From Basidiobolus meristosporus CBS 931.73 (lineage: Eukaryota > Fungi > Basidiobolomycota), in the NCBI GenBank assembly GCA_002104905.1, contig MCFE01000168.1, positions 62,001 to 126,000 on the forward strand: 64,000 bases of DNA, in the 5' to 3' direction. A program made the translations under genes and the position numbers. The notes under the pieces are model-generated. The model was not told where the DNA came from. It did no database searches and was given only the letters and a program-made list of their open reading frames with translations. Below, piece after piece: positions 49,508 through 62,300 of this stretch (within the stretch, counting starts at the first letter, position 1; the number at the start of each line of letters is the position of its first letter).

Positions 49508-51087
49508 TCATCGAGTGGCCAGCCATTTCTCTCTGGATATGCTTCTCAGAACACCATGAGCCTTTTCTTGGCCAATCGTCGTCCATTCCCCGCCGTAACT
49601 ATGGCCAGGATAGACCATGGTGTTGTCATCCAGGTTTCTTAGCACTTTTTGTAGCGAATGGAACATATCCATTTTGCATGCGCCAGGAAGGTCTAAGCGG
49701 CCGCATGTCCCTAAGAACAGCGTATCACCAGAAAACAAGCGCGAATCGTTGACCAGCAAGCATTGACTACCTGGTGTATGCCCTGGCGTGTGTAGGAAGC
49801 GGACTATGTTTTCGGTGCCTAGCTTCAATTCAAAGTTATGTGTGGTAGGAACTATCCGACTTGGATTTATCTCGGGGTTCGATTTTCTCACGAAATGGAT
49901 GTCCTCCTGGTGAATATATGCCCTGACGCTAGGCCATTTTTTTAGAATAGTTGAGAGCCCGGTCACTTTGATCGGAAGCTGGTTGAACGGCGAGGGCGGT
50001 ATGCCTAGATTCAAGCAACACAATGTTCGCTAGAGTTCTTGTGCTAGTGGATCAAGAGACGCCGCCTACCTCCCACATGATCAAAGTGATAGTGAGTAAC
50101 CACCGCACCAATGCAAAGAAGCTTCTCGCGCTTGATGATCTGCATTATCCTGTGGGCATCCCAACACTAAATAGAATGAAGATCAGCCTCTGAATGGAAT
50201 CACACGCCAAATATCTCTGACGAATACACACAGCATCCACGACGATACAGAGCCTCGAATGGGCATCGGCGATGATGTACACAAAATTTCGCATCTCCAT
50301 AGCGTATTCGTAAATTTTGTTCTGAATTGGATTGAAGGAATGTGAATTGGGGATTGCAAAATCCTTCCCAGGCGAGAGCTGCATGATCAACAGGCCTAAA
50401 CGGGAAAGCTGGCTGAGTTTGCGTGTCTCGTTATGCCTCGTAATGTTCGCCCATGGTTACCTTTCTCGTTGTCCTCGGCCATGTACTTGCATTTTATGAA
50501 GTTGGCTCTAGCCTCGACAAATGTGGGGTCCTTGCCAAAAGAAGATGGGAATCGTTAAACGGCCGTTCGTTTCTGTTCGGGGAGAGGCATCGCATTTACC
50601 AGTTCTATGGATCTTTTGTAGGTCTCCATCGCCTCTTTGTATTTCTGCAAGCAGTAAAGTGCCTCGGCCATTTGGAAGTATCCCTGTTCGAGGTTGAGGA
50701 ACTCTCTCTAAGTATCTGTTCATAGCAGGGTGGGCTTGACACTCAAGGTCTGTAGTAAATAACCCTTACTCTTCCCCAGTCTGGCTTTAGACCTACAACC
50801 ACCTCGGCGTCCTTCACCGAATCCAACAAGCAACCAAAATGTAAATACGCTCTGGATCTGTTGAATAGGAGAAGGGCCAAGAAATCTCGGGCCCCAGGGT
50901 CCTCGGCCACTGTTTTAGTCTGCAGAAGTGCCAGAGTGTATTGGTCAATGGCCTCTCTGTACTGTCCCCGGCTCAAATGGCCATCACCTTGAGTCAATAG
51001 TCGATAGAGCGTGCCGTCTGGTGCGGAGGGTCTAGTCAAAGACATCGCGGGGACGATGTGTTCTGTTTGTAAATCTCTTAGCTGCAT
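49508..51087 (-). CDS. TPR-repeat + metallo-beta-lactamase-fold (glyoxalase II/ETHE1-like) hydrolase fusion, multi-exon
   Basis: N-terminal TPRs (EAIDQYTLAL, LFNRSRAYLH, VGLKPDW). Spliced NFVYIIAD, THYHFDHVGG, HTPGHTPGS, LFSGDTLF and VYPGHSY. Confidence 0.85.
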
Positions 51088-51833
51088 TTATGAACAAGGT
51101 TAGGTACGGTTGTGGTTAGCGCCCCGCGCGTTCAAGTTGCTTAAAAGGATACGATGATTATCGACGTCCAGCAAAAGTAACGGTACACAAGGGGAAATCA
51201 GATTAAAATAGATGGAGACTCAATGCCCATCTCTCCTTACTCAACGGCCATGAGGCAATCCTGCTGAAACAAGAGTCCCCCGCTTGTGTTGCTGTTATTG
51301 GTTTCACTAGATCAGGTTAATATGATAGCTTGCATTCAGGAAATCAAAAAAAATTGAAACTTGGTTTCAACGATAGGCTTCCGGGTTCGTTTATTGACAT
51401 TATTATCAGAGCTGGAGAGTTGAAATGCGAGTCACAGTGGCTGAGTGGGCAAGACGACTCCCAACAATAAAAACAAATCTCGGTTTGCGGTTTGTTTGGC
51501 AAACCTTTGGAGTAACGTCCAATTGCCCTGTATCGTTGAGGAGGAATAATCGATAATAATTGCCGCGTCCAAGAATGCAATGGAGCCAATGATAGGATGG
51601 ACACAGCTGGTAAATGATATATCTGCAAAGCGCCATGAAAATCCTCCAATCCAACCTACTAGTCCACGAAATATTAGCTGGCTAACCACTTCATTTTGAG
51701 ACCCTATCAATTTCCCTGTCTGTAAACGTCATCGAAACACATTTAGGTGTTTTCCGTCAATTTTCGCGCTCACCATATCGCCCCCATCCATTGTACAACC
51801 CCTTCATAAAATCTTCCCTCTCTACAGTTAACA

Positions 51834-53006
51834 ATGAGTCCGCCTACAGTTGACATCCGTCTGGAAGATGAATTTATCATATTCAACGGCACCTCCTCGG
51901 AATCAGTAGGATCTGTATTGCGTGGCGCCTTCGTTCTCACCTTCCCAGACAGTTTAAAAGTCAAATCGATCAAGCTTACCCTTGAGGGGAAACTACGCAT
52001 ATTCTGGCCAACTGGTATGTTGGGTTGATGATCTGCCTTTGCTGTTCCGATGATAACCAAGCTTTTCCCCTGACCTCTCACAGTATTGAAAACAGCCCAG
52101 GTGAAAAGTTACAGACAAAGGGTGTTTAGCCATAGTTGGACCTTTATGGAATCCACCCAATTCCTCTCTCAGACCATCCAGGCAGGAACATATACCTATG
52201 ATTTCATGCTTCCCTTAAGCGGACAGCTCCCTGAAACCATCCACTCGCAACATGGAGGAATTGTATATACACTCAGGGGTGTGGTCGAGCGCCCAGCATT
52301 TTGCAACAATTACGTTGTCGAAAAGGAGGTGGTCATAAAGCGATACGCGTCTCCTTCCAACACGGAGCTTATGCATTCGACCATCGTCTCAGATGTTTGG
52401 AACGACAAGCTTTTCTTCGAAATATTCATCCCCACCGCGGGCTATGGTGTTGGGGAAACCATACCAGTTCGCTTTAGACTGCAACCGCTAAGCAAGGAGC
52501 TAAAACTACGTGGAGTGGGGTGTCTGCTCAAGGAATATGCAACATACAACTCACCCCTCATAGGGTTCTCAAAAACCACATCAAGACTCATCGATCAATC
52601 CTTGGATGATTTCTTTCCGGATCAAGAGGAAGCCTGGGGGAAAATGCTCTATTTTGTCGTCCCGAAGGACCCCAAAGCAGTTCAACCCGATTGCGAAACG
52701 GATTCCATCGTGGTGAAGCACAAGCTCAAGCTGAAAATTGAATTCGAAGAGCACCCCAAATGCATCCGTATCATACTCGCCGCCGTTCCCGTAATCATAA
52801 TCGCCAGCTCAGTAGGAGAAATATTCAACGAACTACCTAGGTACCAGGCCTCGTTTGAAAGACGCTTCTCGGTGGTTTCGTTGCCCCCAGCCTATGATGG
52901 CTCCGTCACAAGAAAGTCGGTCAGCGCCGGGATGCCCGGCATCCCATTACCTAATCGGCAGGCTCGTGGGAGTAGATCAGGCAGCTACTCTGTGTTGCAA
53001 AGCTAG
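51834..53006 (+). CDS. Alpha-arrestin (ART/Rod1-like) ubiquitin-ligase adaptor, 2 exons
   Basis: Arrestin_N (LRGAFVL...IKLTLEG, GTYTYDF, LPETI, GGIVYTL) and Arrestin_C. LPRY and PPAY motifs. Intron 52015-52083. Confidence 0.88.
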
Positions 53007-53421
53007 TCGTCACCGCTATTGGTGAAGTCTGCTTACTTACCGTGTTGTATAATGTAAAGTATGAATGGATATAATTTATCTAGTAGAGTTTAGATCGATA
53101 GCCAGTAACTTTCATGAAATAAAGCCCTGTATCGACAAGCGCATGATGGCTTACCGAGCTGGACTATTAAGGGAATCGATGATTAGCCGAAACCTGCGAG
53201 GGACAGTCTATTTCGGGTGGAAGGTGGAGCACCGGCGCGTGACTTAATCGAGTGGAGAAGTTGCTTTCAAACGCTTGGTTTAATGAATCTTTGGATCGAG
53301 CCAAAATTATATATACATGTATTTTACATTAAAACATTAATCACCTGAGGTGACATTACTACGTTAGAGGGGACGGGAATCCGAGTGGGCCGGATCGCCC
53401 GCTGAGCGCAGGTGGGTGAAT

Positions 53422-53988
53422 TTAGATAAAACAGAGTTCTGCCTTGTACTTCTCTAAAAATTCTTTGATATCCTGGTCGTTGACCCATACGTTGTAATTC
53501 AATAGTTCAAGCAATTCTTTTTCCATTCTATTCACTTGTTGGGTGGTGAACACCCCCGAAATCTCCGCCATGGTGCGATTGTTGAGTCCCTCGTCACCAT
53601 ATAAAAATTTGGACGCGACCAAAAGGCTGGCTAAAAAGATCCTGTGTGAGGTTCCGTACTCGCCTTTCGCCTTTGGTGGGAGTTTGACTTTTAATCGGTA
53701 AATGTACATCAGGGCAACTATGCCGGTGATGGCATCAATGCGGGAGCGTTCGGCCACTCGCTCAATAAATAACAGTAGTTCGGGGAGGGTGATGTTGGTC
53801 ATGGGGCGCGCTTTACAGTTGAGAACACTGCACATGGATTCCGCTGTGAAATCTGGAAAAGCTGCGTTAGAAATCACCTTCAACAAATATCTCGCAAGTA
53901 TGCAGCTTCACTTACTTATTAATGTGTTGGGAATTGGCTTGTAGGCAGGGCAGTTGTTGGCTTGGGCGCGATTAATGGCTGCAGTCAT
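53422..53988 (-). CDS. Pho85-type cyclin (Pcl1/Pcl2 family), 2 exons
   Basis: Cyclin box LPELLLFIERVAERS...ALMYIYRLK...HRIFLASLLVASKFLYGDEGLNNR...VNRMEKELLELLNY. 5' exon MTAAINRAQ at 53988. Confidence 0.88.
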
Positions 53989-55917
53989 AGTTGATGTAGA
54001 AGAATATGAATAGTATACAAGTTGTGCTTGATGAAGGAGCAGTTGATATGAGCAAAAGAAATCTGTGACCGGACTAGGATTTAAGATGCTCGTGCAAGTG
54101 AGATGGGTGAAATCAAAATTCGATAGATGTACGTTGGTTTATTACAGGGATTAGGAATCCATTGCTGTCGCCGGCGTGCTTATAAGTGAATTTGAGGTGG
54201 ATTGACCAGATAAGCGTGACCTAGTAAAAATTCACGTTACTGCGAAACCATTGGACACTAGCCACTTGTCTCGTGTCAAGTGATCTTATTTCAATCCAAA
54301 AAAATGGCAGAGCAGTCAGTATCACAGCAGTCTCAAATCTAAGCCAAAGATATGTGATCATTTGATGGAGAGCTGATATATCGATAAAGCGAGCCAATGG
54401 ATATCCCTGATAGCTTCTATATCGATATCTACCATGTTCAAAGATGGATCAATCAACGGCTTCCATCGACACCAATAGCCTTTATGCTGGAAATAGGAGT
54501 CTTCTGACCTGAGCTTTATTTGGAGTGTCCAGATGCGAATAGAAAGATTCATTGACCGACTTCATATAGCAATAATTCAAATAAGTCCATATATAGACCA
54601 AGAAATCTGACAACCTCTGCCTTCTAGCAATTGACTGGAAACCGTGAAGTTGTGGCCTGCCATGGGGTTGGTATATCTGCCTTGTTAGTCGTGGGCTAGC
54701 TTCTCTTGAATAGTCAGTTGGAGTCGCATGTGATTTCGATCTTGATAAATATATGTCACGTTATTGTGCATGGGCTAAATATGATTATCCGGCCCAATGA
54801 TCCTTTGCTACCTGCAAAAGCGTAGAGTTCTGGCAAGATTTACTAGATAACTCCCGATACCTGTGTCCTGTGATATACAAACCGACAGCGAAAAGAATTC
54901 CATTCCCTTTTTTTTCGGAAACGGCAAGGCTCAGCTGCAGGATCACACATGTCCCGCACTCCAAGCGAACATGAATTATTGCGCACCAAGTGAGTCCTCG
55001 GGTGCATATGCCTAGGTGAACAGCAAATCGGCAATTACCGTGGAAAGTGACACAACTTGGCGTTGTACCATTCTGTGTGTTACTGTGGTTGTTTAAACAA
55101 TGCCAGGAATTGAAACCATTTCAGGGTTTGAGGCTCGCCCACCCATGTATGACATTGATCGAAGTAGCCGGTTTTTCGCGCGGCCCCACTCTAATTGGCT
55201 CCATTGTCCGCTATTTTCTCACCCTAAAGCTCTTTTTTTTTTGTTTTTTATTACCAATTGAGTAAGAGGCTTTATCTCATATGATCATCTGATTTAATCA
55301 ATCTGAAGCGGCAGTTAAGCCAGCTCCTAAACAGTTTATGTATGGGCTGGTCACCACTTGACATAACCAATACAGTATTGGTATAAATTGAAGTGCGTGG
55401 TTACAGCGCCATGAAGATGAACCCTTTTGGTGTCATGTTGCGTAGCAAATGGGTATATTATGTTAGGAATCCACTATCGCCAACATTGGCTGCTGGCCAT
55501 CAGAATCCGGCGCTAGAAGAGGTTACCATGGCGGAGGATACAGTGGCTGACTGTACGCATATTTAAATGTAATATATCGCTGAAGGCTCATTCGACCTGT
55601 AGGTTCTAAGCAGCTTGGTCACCGTTTCATTTGCTACGCTTTCGATAGAGGAACTCAACATATACATATATATGGCAGTTTTCCAGCGTGACATGATGAT
55701 GGAATGGCTCTATAAATTGAATCTATGAGTTGGATTTATTAAATACCATTCATTTGAAAGTGATTATATATAACCTAATCTATACATTTGGTGATTAACT
55801 AGGGGGTGAAGTTGCGAAAATTACAATAAAGGATGATTATGTATATATCGGTTGATTTTCGAGGAAGACTGCCAGAGTCGAACGTCGGGAGAAACGCGCG
55901 TCAGATGCTTGGTGCCT

Positions 55918-56373
55918 TCAAACCTCGATTTCAACGAATTTGGACGAGTTCATGGTACAGGTACCGGGCTCTTTAGTGATGAGTCGGGTAAGCTTGGACT
56001 TCATCTCAGCTTCGTCTTCGGAATCACTATCGCTAGAGACGGAGCCCTTCGTAAATTTCTCGGCCAACCAGGCTCTGTCGACTTGACATATCTCGGCAGG
56101 GAAATTACCCAACACCTTCATGGGGTCGCTCTCCAAAAAGCCGACGAAGTGGTCGTTGGCTTTTTCAACGACACATATACGAGCGCCCTTCTCAAACACT
56201 AGAGGATTCTTGGTTCCTTTATCACCAGCGAAATTCTCCATCGCAACCACACAGCTGATAACTCGACTGGAGAAGGCGTTGATGGTTGTCATGCCTTTCT
56301 CGGACTGCCCGGGGCATTCGGGAACACGGGTATAGGAGTTTCTGGGCAAACAGCAAGCGAAGACTCTGAACAT
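55918..56373 (-). CDS. Small protein with a divergent SH3 domain and N-terminal di-Cys
   Basis: VVAMENFAGD...LVFEKGARICVVEK...FVG...GNFPAEICQV follows the SH3 beta-strand pattern. Intact 151-aa ORF. Confidence 0.65.
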   Translation of the reverse strand: MFRVFACCLPRNSYTRVPECPGQSEKGMTTINAFSSRVISCVVAMENFAGDKGTKNPLVFEKGARICVVEKANDHFVGFLESDPMKVLGNFPAEICQVDRAWLAEKFTKGSVSSDSDSEDEAEMKSKLTRLITKEPGTCTMNSSKFVEIEV

Positions 56374-57839
56374 TATGAAAGTCAGATGTGAGTTGAATAT
56401 TTTCGAGCTAAACCTGGAGCATGGAAGTTATATAGGTGATCCCAATCTACCAATATTCCAATTTTGGTAGTTCTCTTTAGAACCTCATTATATAAGACTG
56501 AGTATCTCAGTATGATCACCAATCAGCACCCCATAGGAGGGTAGACCTGGTCTTACGCTCATTGATCTGAGAAATTGGCCAATATGATGAGGCCCATATG
56601 ACCATTGGAGGAACACAGAATAATCTTAATGGTATGAGTGAAAGAGATGGCGCAAATGTTGGGTAACCAGTGGATTTGCTAGGGCCTCGTCGTCAGCGGT
56701 AATGCAGACACAATAGCGTATTGTTCGATATGAAACGAGGACTACGAGGCTAGGGATTGTTGGAGATGTAAATTGATCGGATTCGAAACTAGCAGTGCCA
56801 CTCTACCCATCATCTTCATTAATGGCGATGTCTAATTCGAGAGATACAATCATGGGCACACAAATACTCTCATTATCCATACTAGGATCATGCTAACGGG
56901 ATATATATTTATATACTCCAGAGTTATTTTATCCATCTTGCCAAATGAGGCGATCAGTTGTTCTTAGAAGGTGAGCCCAGGATCGCGATCTTGCGACAGG
57001 TTCTGGTGCTGGTGTGCGAATGGTAAGATTAGGAGATGTTACACCGCTCACCTCTAATATAGTTAATTCGAATCTAAACTTACACTCTGAATCACTCACG
57101 TATTATCCATTGGGTAATGGGGTTGCTCTCCATACTCCAGACTCGCGTGGATACCAGCCATACTGCTTAAACCATCTAGTTCATGGTGATTTGCAATTCT
57201 CATCTAAATCCAATCAATCGTAATTAAGTTTATTCGCTGTTCCAAAAAGTGCCCCATTCACGCTACCAAACATTCCAGGCTGTATTTCACACAGGTGCAA
57301 GTTATTAATAGGTTTGCGATGATGGTCGATTTGGTTGATGGATGTGATATCATCTAATTTCATGGATATGGAATTCTTACGCCATTCTCCATGTAATCCC
57401 AGCGTTTCCCCTGATTAACCAAAAATACCGAAATTTCCATGTGTGATTCACCGCTGCATTAATGACTTCCCAGCACTCTAGGATACCACTGCTGTTGGGT
57501 TTGGTTTTGCCACAACTATTACATATCGGTGAAATTCACGTGCATAGTAAGGTCTTGACTTGTAGATTCCCAAGATATCCTGTTTGCTGCCGAAGTAACG
57601 GATAGAGCAGTGTATTGTATCGCTGACAATCATCACCAATATTTTGTTGAGCGCTATGTAACCTTTGCTGCGCTATACCTGAAATTCCATCTAAACCTAT
57701 TATAGTTGGCTCCGGTTACCTTGGTATCTTTATGGGTTATCATCGAAATCATGGAATTCGGTTCGTCTGATGAAACGAGATCACGTCTGAATTGATATTC
57801 ATGGTGTCGTGTATTTGGCTACTCCTTCAGAAACACACA

Positions 57840-59310
57840 TGCCTGTAGTCAATGGCATTTCGAACTATTGAGATGGTCTGCGCCTCGTTGAAGTGAAGAT
57901 TGGCCCAACTCCAATTTACTATGTAACGATCCGCTGGTAATAGCCACTTGTGTCATTAACACTTTCATTTAATGTCGCCGGTTTCTTCATATTTCACCGC
58001 CTTGAGCAGAGCAAGTATGATGTTACATAAAATTGCTTCAAAATCGCGCCGTCATACAAAATTCAATAAGATGATTAACTCTTTCGATAAATTTCAATAA
58101 GATGATTAACTCTTTCGATAAATTTCAATAAGATGATTAACTTTTTCGACAAATCCTGGCCAACTTCTTTCAATGGATGACATCATAAATTCCAAGTCAG
58201 CAAAGGAATCTCCTAGTGTATCAAGTGATCTGGCCAAATATACTTCGTACAATATATCCTATTTCACATGTAAGCTTCAATCCATGATGTCTCAAAACGT
58301 AACGCTCACCTGCAAGTGAAATTCACAGCCTGGGAATATGTGATATATCAGCCAAAAGTGTGGTTCTGAGATTTCCGACCGAAATTCGAAATACACCCAC
58401 TAATGACCTAATTACCTGATGATTTCGAGGATGAAATCACAGGTTTCGTGCTTGTCAATGTTTCTTGCCACATATTTTCGGGCATATTTAGATAAAGTAC
58501 TCTGCTATGTTGAGGTTTATTGTCATTGCTTGAGATTTTTGGCAACTGTTGGCATCTTCATAATTCCAAGAAATTGGTGAGCGTTTTATGAAATTCACCA
58601 AAGTCCAAAATGCCCTAAAATTGGCACAGCCGATGATAGGCTCTTTCTCGAAATCCACTCTAAGGTACAAACACTATATCTCCGCAAAAATGCTGCACAA
58701 ATACTATTGTAATTGAGAGTAAGAATCTGGAAATGATTTGGGGCATAATTGAGTAATGTATCATCCAAGCTACTCATATATATACCAAAGTTTAAGTGGC
58801 ATCGTGAACTAGCCATGTAAATAACGCTTAGGAAGGCTTCAAGAGCATATGTACCAGGTATTTCAAATTTTGTATCTGCACCTACTTGAGCACTTGGATC
58901 ATAACTTAAGACCCAATTATTTCCTGCTCAAATTCTTTGTAAGGAATTACATTGAGAGCTTTCATTTTCAGGGTCCTTGACATTTTGGTAAACACTCCCT
59001 TGGTAGTTTGGCAAAGTGCAGCTATATGTATTAGTGCTGTGTTTCACCTTAATAAATTACAGGTGCATTTCATGACATTCTTGTTATTTGCCAAGTCATC
59101 CACAATACACTTGTATCATACTTTAACAGGTTATGAATGCTCGAAATTGCAGAATTTTTATTTGTTGCTTTATTAGGCTCAAGAAAAGTATTCATGCTTG
59201 TAAAAGAGCTTTGTAAAACCAATGATACAAGTGTTAGGAATTGATATACAAAGCTTAGTAAAGTCCAAGATCTTTGATAACGTGGCCATCAGAGAACTTC
59301 AAATAATATC
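57840..59310 (-). pseudogene. Possible decayed coding relic (unknown gene or transposon ORF)
   Basis: One frame runs from about 59310 to 58310 with two long open stretches. A canonical 51-nt GT-AG intron (58259-58309) joins ...IFPGCEFHLQ to DILYEVYLARSL in phase. Many in-frame stops. Confidence 0.3.
58058..58154. repeat. Tandem repeat, 3 x 31 bp (AAATTTCAATAAGATGATTAACTCTTTCGAT)
   Basis: Three adjacent near-identical copies starting at 58058, 58089 and 58120, with 1-2 mismatches. Confidence 0.95.
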
Positions 59311-62300
59311 TTATAGGTAAAGCTCTGCATGAGTAATTCATAGCTTAGCAATAAGCCAGGTAAAGTTCTGATATATATATAAAAGCAGGTTGGGTTCAGA
59401 TAGTAAAAAAGAGACAAATCTTACAAAAACTGCATGTTGCAGGATTCTAGGGATTATCGCATCTGACTTGGAGAAATAGAAGATTGCGGAATATTTACAA
59501 TATTACGAACCTTATTCTTGCCTAAATTCTTTATAAGGATTGACTCAGAATATTTTCACCTAAATGTTAACCGCCTATGATGTCAGAATACTTAGAGTTA
59601 TCCAAGAGCCTTAAGCTTTGTACCAACACTCCTGCAGTCTCTCTAAGCATACTATTTATGCTTGTTTTACCAAGACTATGCAGCAGTATCAGTACCACTT
59701 TTATATATATTAAATTATCAAGTGAACACCATGTCTACTTGCTCTCCCTATCACTTGAAATATCTCCAAGACTCTCATAGCATACTAAACACTGGGACTA
59801 CCTCTCCTAATCCCCTCTGATATCTCTAAAACCTTTGCAATAATTACTTTATAAATATCATCATACGCTGTTATTATGCATCTGGCTATGCATAACTGAA
59901 AGTCATAGTATTGGCACTTACACCAAGTCTTAGGGAGCCATATCCTGAGTAACTAATCAAATATCCTGCAAATAATGTATTTTGCACTTGATTGTTTGTA
60001 TATTTAAAACTGAGCCGTTGAAGTATGAGATATAGCTTGTTTGCTCTAAGAGTACTTATGCATTGCAAACCCTTCCAAAAGCCACCAGGCTTAAGCATAC
60101 AGCTTTCTAAAGTATTCCGTAAGAGGTTATGCTTTTATATCTATAAACTCCACCCGTGTGTAAATAACCTACTTATCCAATAGGTTCAGAATTGGTAAAT
60201 TATCTTTCTCCGAGCTACTCCAAGTCACATCCATGATCACACTGGTACTTTGAACAGAGGATTTTAACAATTAAGCAGCAATTGTGCAACAATTTGCAGA
60301 CTGCATCTCTTGTCAGTGGGCTAGCATATGAGCATATGATAAAAGTCATTTGGTATAATCACTAGAATGTGCCATTGACGATTAGTAAGAGTTTGTAGAC
60401 CGATGCAAGATATTGCGCATCATCCATCTGAGCGTATATGCGGTTCCAAAGGCTCAAGGACAATACCTTACAAAATGACTTTCTACAATGTTGACCAGGT
60501 ATAAAATGTATAAACTATTGAATAACGAGATGCTAGATTAGTTATATCAATAAGAAGTTGCCAATACTTATAAAAATGGCAGAGGTTCAAATGAAGCCTA
60601 TTTCCCTTGAGATACTGGCTCACTACGCACAGAGAGCTATCATGTGAAGGCACATGTATTTATATCTTGTCAGATAGTCTGGTGACGTATAGATTACGGT
60701 AAATTCTAAGGATTCCGTAAAATAGCGACGGTCAAGTATGCCGCCAATGCTACGGTGAGAATATGTGATTGCATGTACAAACGATAGTGAAAACCGCCTC
60801 GGTTACCTATAAATTAACCAGAAAGAGCCAATGCATATCAAACAGAAGTGTATCATTGGTAGAAAAGCAAGGAACACTGAGCATACGTAGCTTGTGAGCA
60901 TCAACGGTGGTGATTCCAGGTAGCAGACATCAATAAAGGCGGCAGCAGTTTGCTAATAAAAGGAGGCTTCAGGTTGACAAGTAGTTGAACCAACTGTCAG
61001 TGTTGGTTGAGGAGCAAAGTGCCTGTCACCTACTCCGATGCCGATTTCCACGGAAATTTCGATGGATTGAAGTGTTTAAACCTTGTGATCAATATCTGTA
61101 TCAACCTGCGCATTATCGCTGATGCAATGAGTCGGATGTTCCTCATGGGTCGTATCCGCCAAAATTCAGAAGGGCTCTGGAGAGATAAAGTGGTCAATAC
61201 GGTTTTACCTTGCGAAGTATCCGCAGTGAGCTTTAGGGATGCAGGAGCCCTACCTCTTTCACAGTGGTTTGTACTGTGTTGATCAGTCAAAGATTGAGTT
61301 TCGGACGTATCAGATGAATTGTAACACATTGTGTAACATTAGTTCAGTGGTCATGGTTCCCATCTTGCCAAAGTGGGAGAAGAACATTGACTTGGGACTT
61401 CCAACTCTTCCCCCTTTGCTGAGGTTGAATCTCTGTGTTGGACTGCTACTGCTCCTATATAGCTGATCAACATGATTTGTTGTTGTATTGGGAATCCATA
61501 TGTTTCGTTTTGGAAATATCCATGATGATGCCTATACTGAGCAGCCTATTCACCTATACACTTGCTGAACTGATTTCCTCATGGTGCTTAGGATGGAACA
61601 ATAGGAACAAACAAATTCAGTTTCATGCATCGTGACCATCCATTATTGGTTGATCACAGCCCATATTCAACAAGAAACATATCATCATCATCATATGTGA
61701 TCACAACATATCAACAAGAAACATATCTATTCATCCAAGTTAAAAATGGTTTCCACTCAACAATTCGACACAAATCTGCAACCGATTCTGTATGATTTTT
61801 AAGAGACCCAGGGACAAGATGTCCCCACCTTGAGACCACTCGGATCACTGCTGAATCAATCAAAGGTCACTGACGTCCCAAGGGTGTATAGAGGACCTGA
61901 TGGTAGGTTGCTGGAACGACCAGCGTCATTGCGCAGGAATGATCACACTAGATTGAATGAATTCAGATTCGGGATATTAAAGAGTTCAAGAGTCGTACAC
62001 CAGCGGCAATAAACAGTAACATGTAATTGTATGAACCACACCGCATTATCTATGGGCGGGGTGAGAGATATTTGAGATCGACTACTGTGATTACATCATC
62101 TTCAGCTATTCGGAGGATGAAAGTTGTTTTCAGCATGGCCTACACAACCCCCACCCGGCATTGTTGTCGAATTACGCATCACCTATCCCGAGTACCAAGC
62201 ATGGTCCCCCCAAAGGTTCGCATTGAAGCTACCGGTTACATACCAGCAGATCATCATTGAAGAATAGCAACCCATGCTCGCGTAAGCCAGGGGGTTCCCT

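Noticed and set aside
51144-51152. Perfect U12-type 5' splice motif GTATCCTTT on the minus strand upstream of the TPR-MBL gene
   Set aside because: No in-frame upstream coding exon could be built, the downstream branch site looks U2-type (CTAAC), and one 9-mer hit in 128 kb of both strands is expected by chance.
58058-58154. 31-bp repeats as a CRISPR array
   Set aside because: The copies are directly adjacent with no spacers, and the context is eukaryotic with no cas genes.
59800-61330. Apparent continuation of a decayed minus-strand ORF
   Set aside because: In the part I translated in all three minus frames (about 60.1-61.0 kb) the frames were similarly open, so no frame can be favoured.
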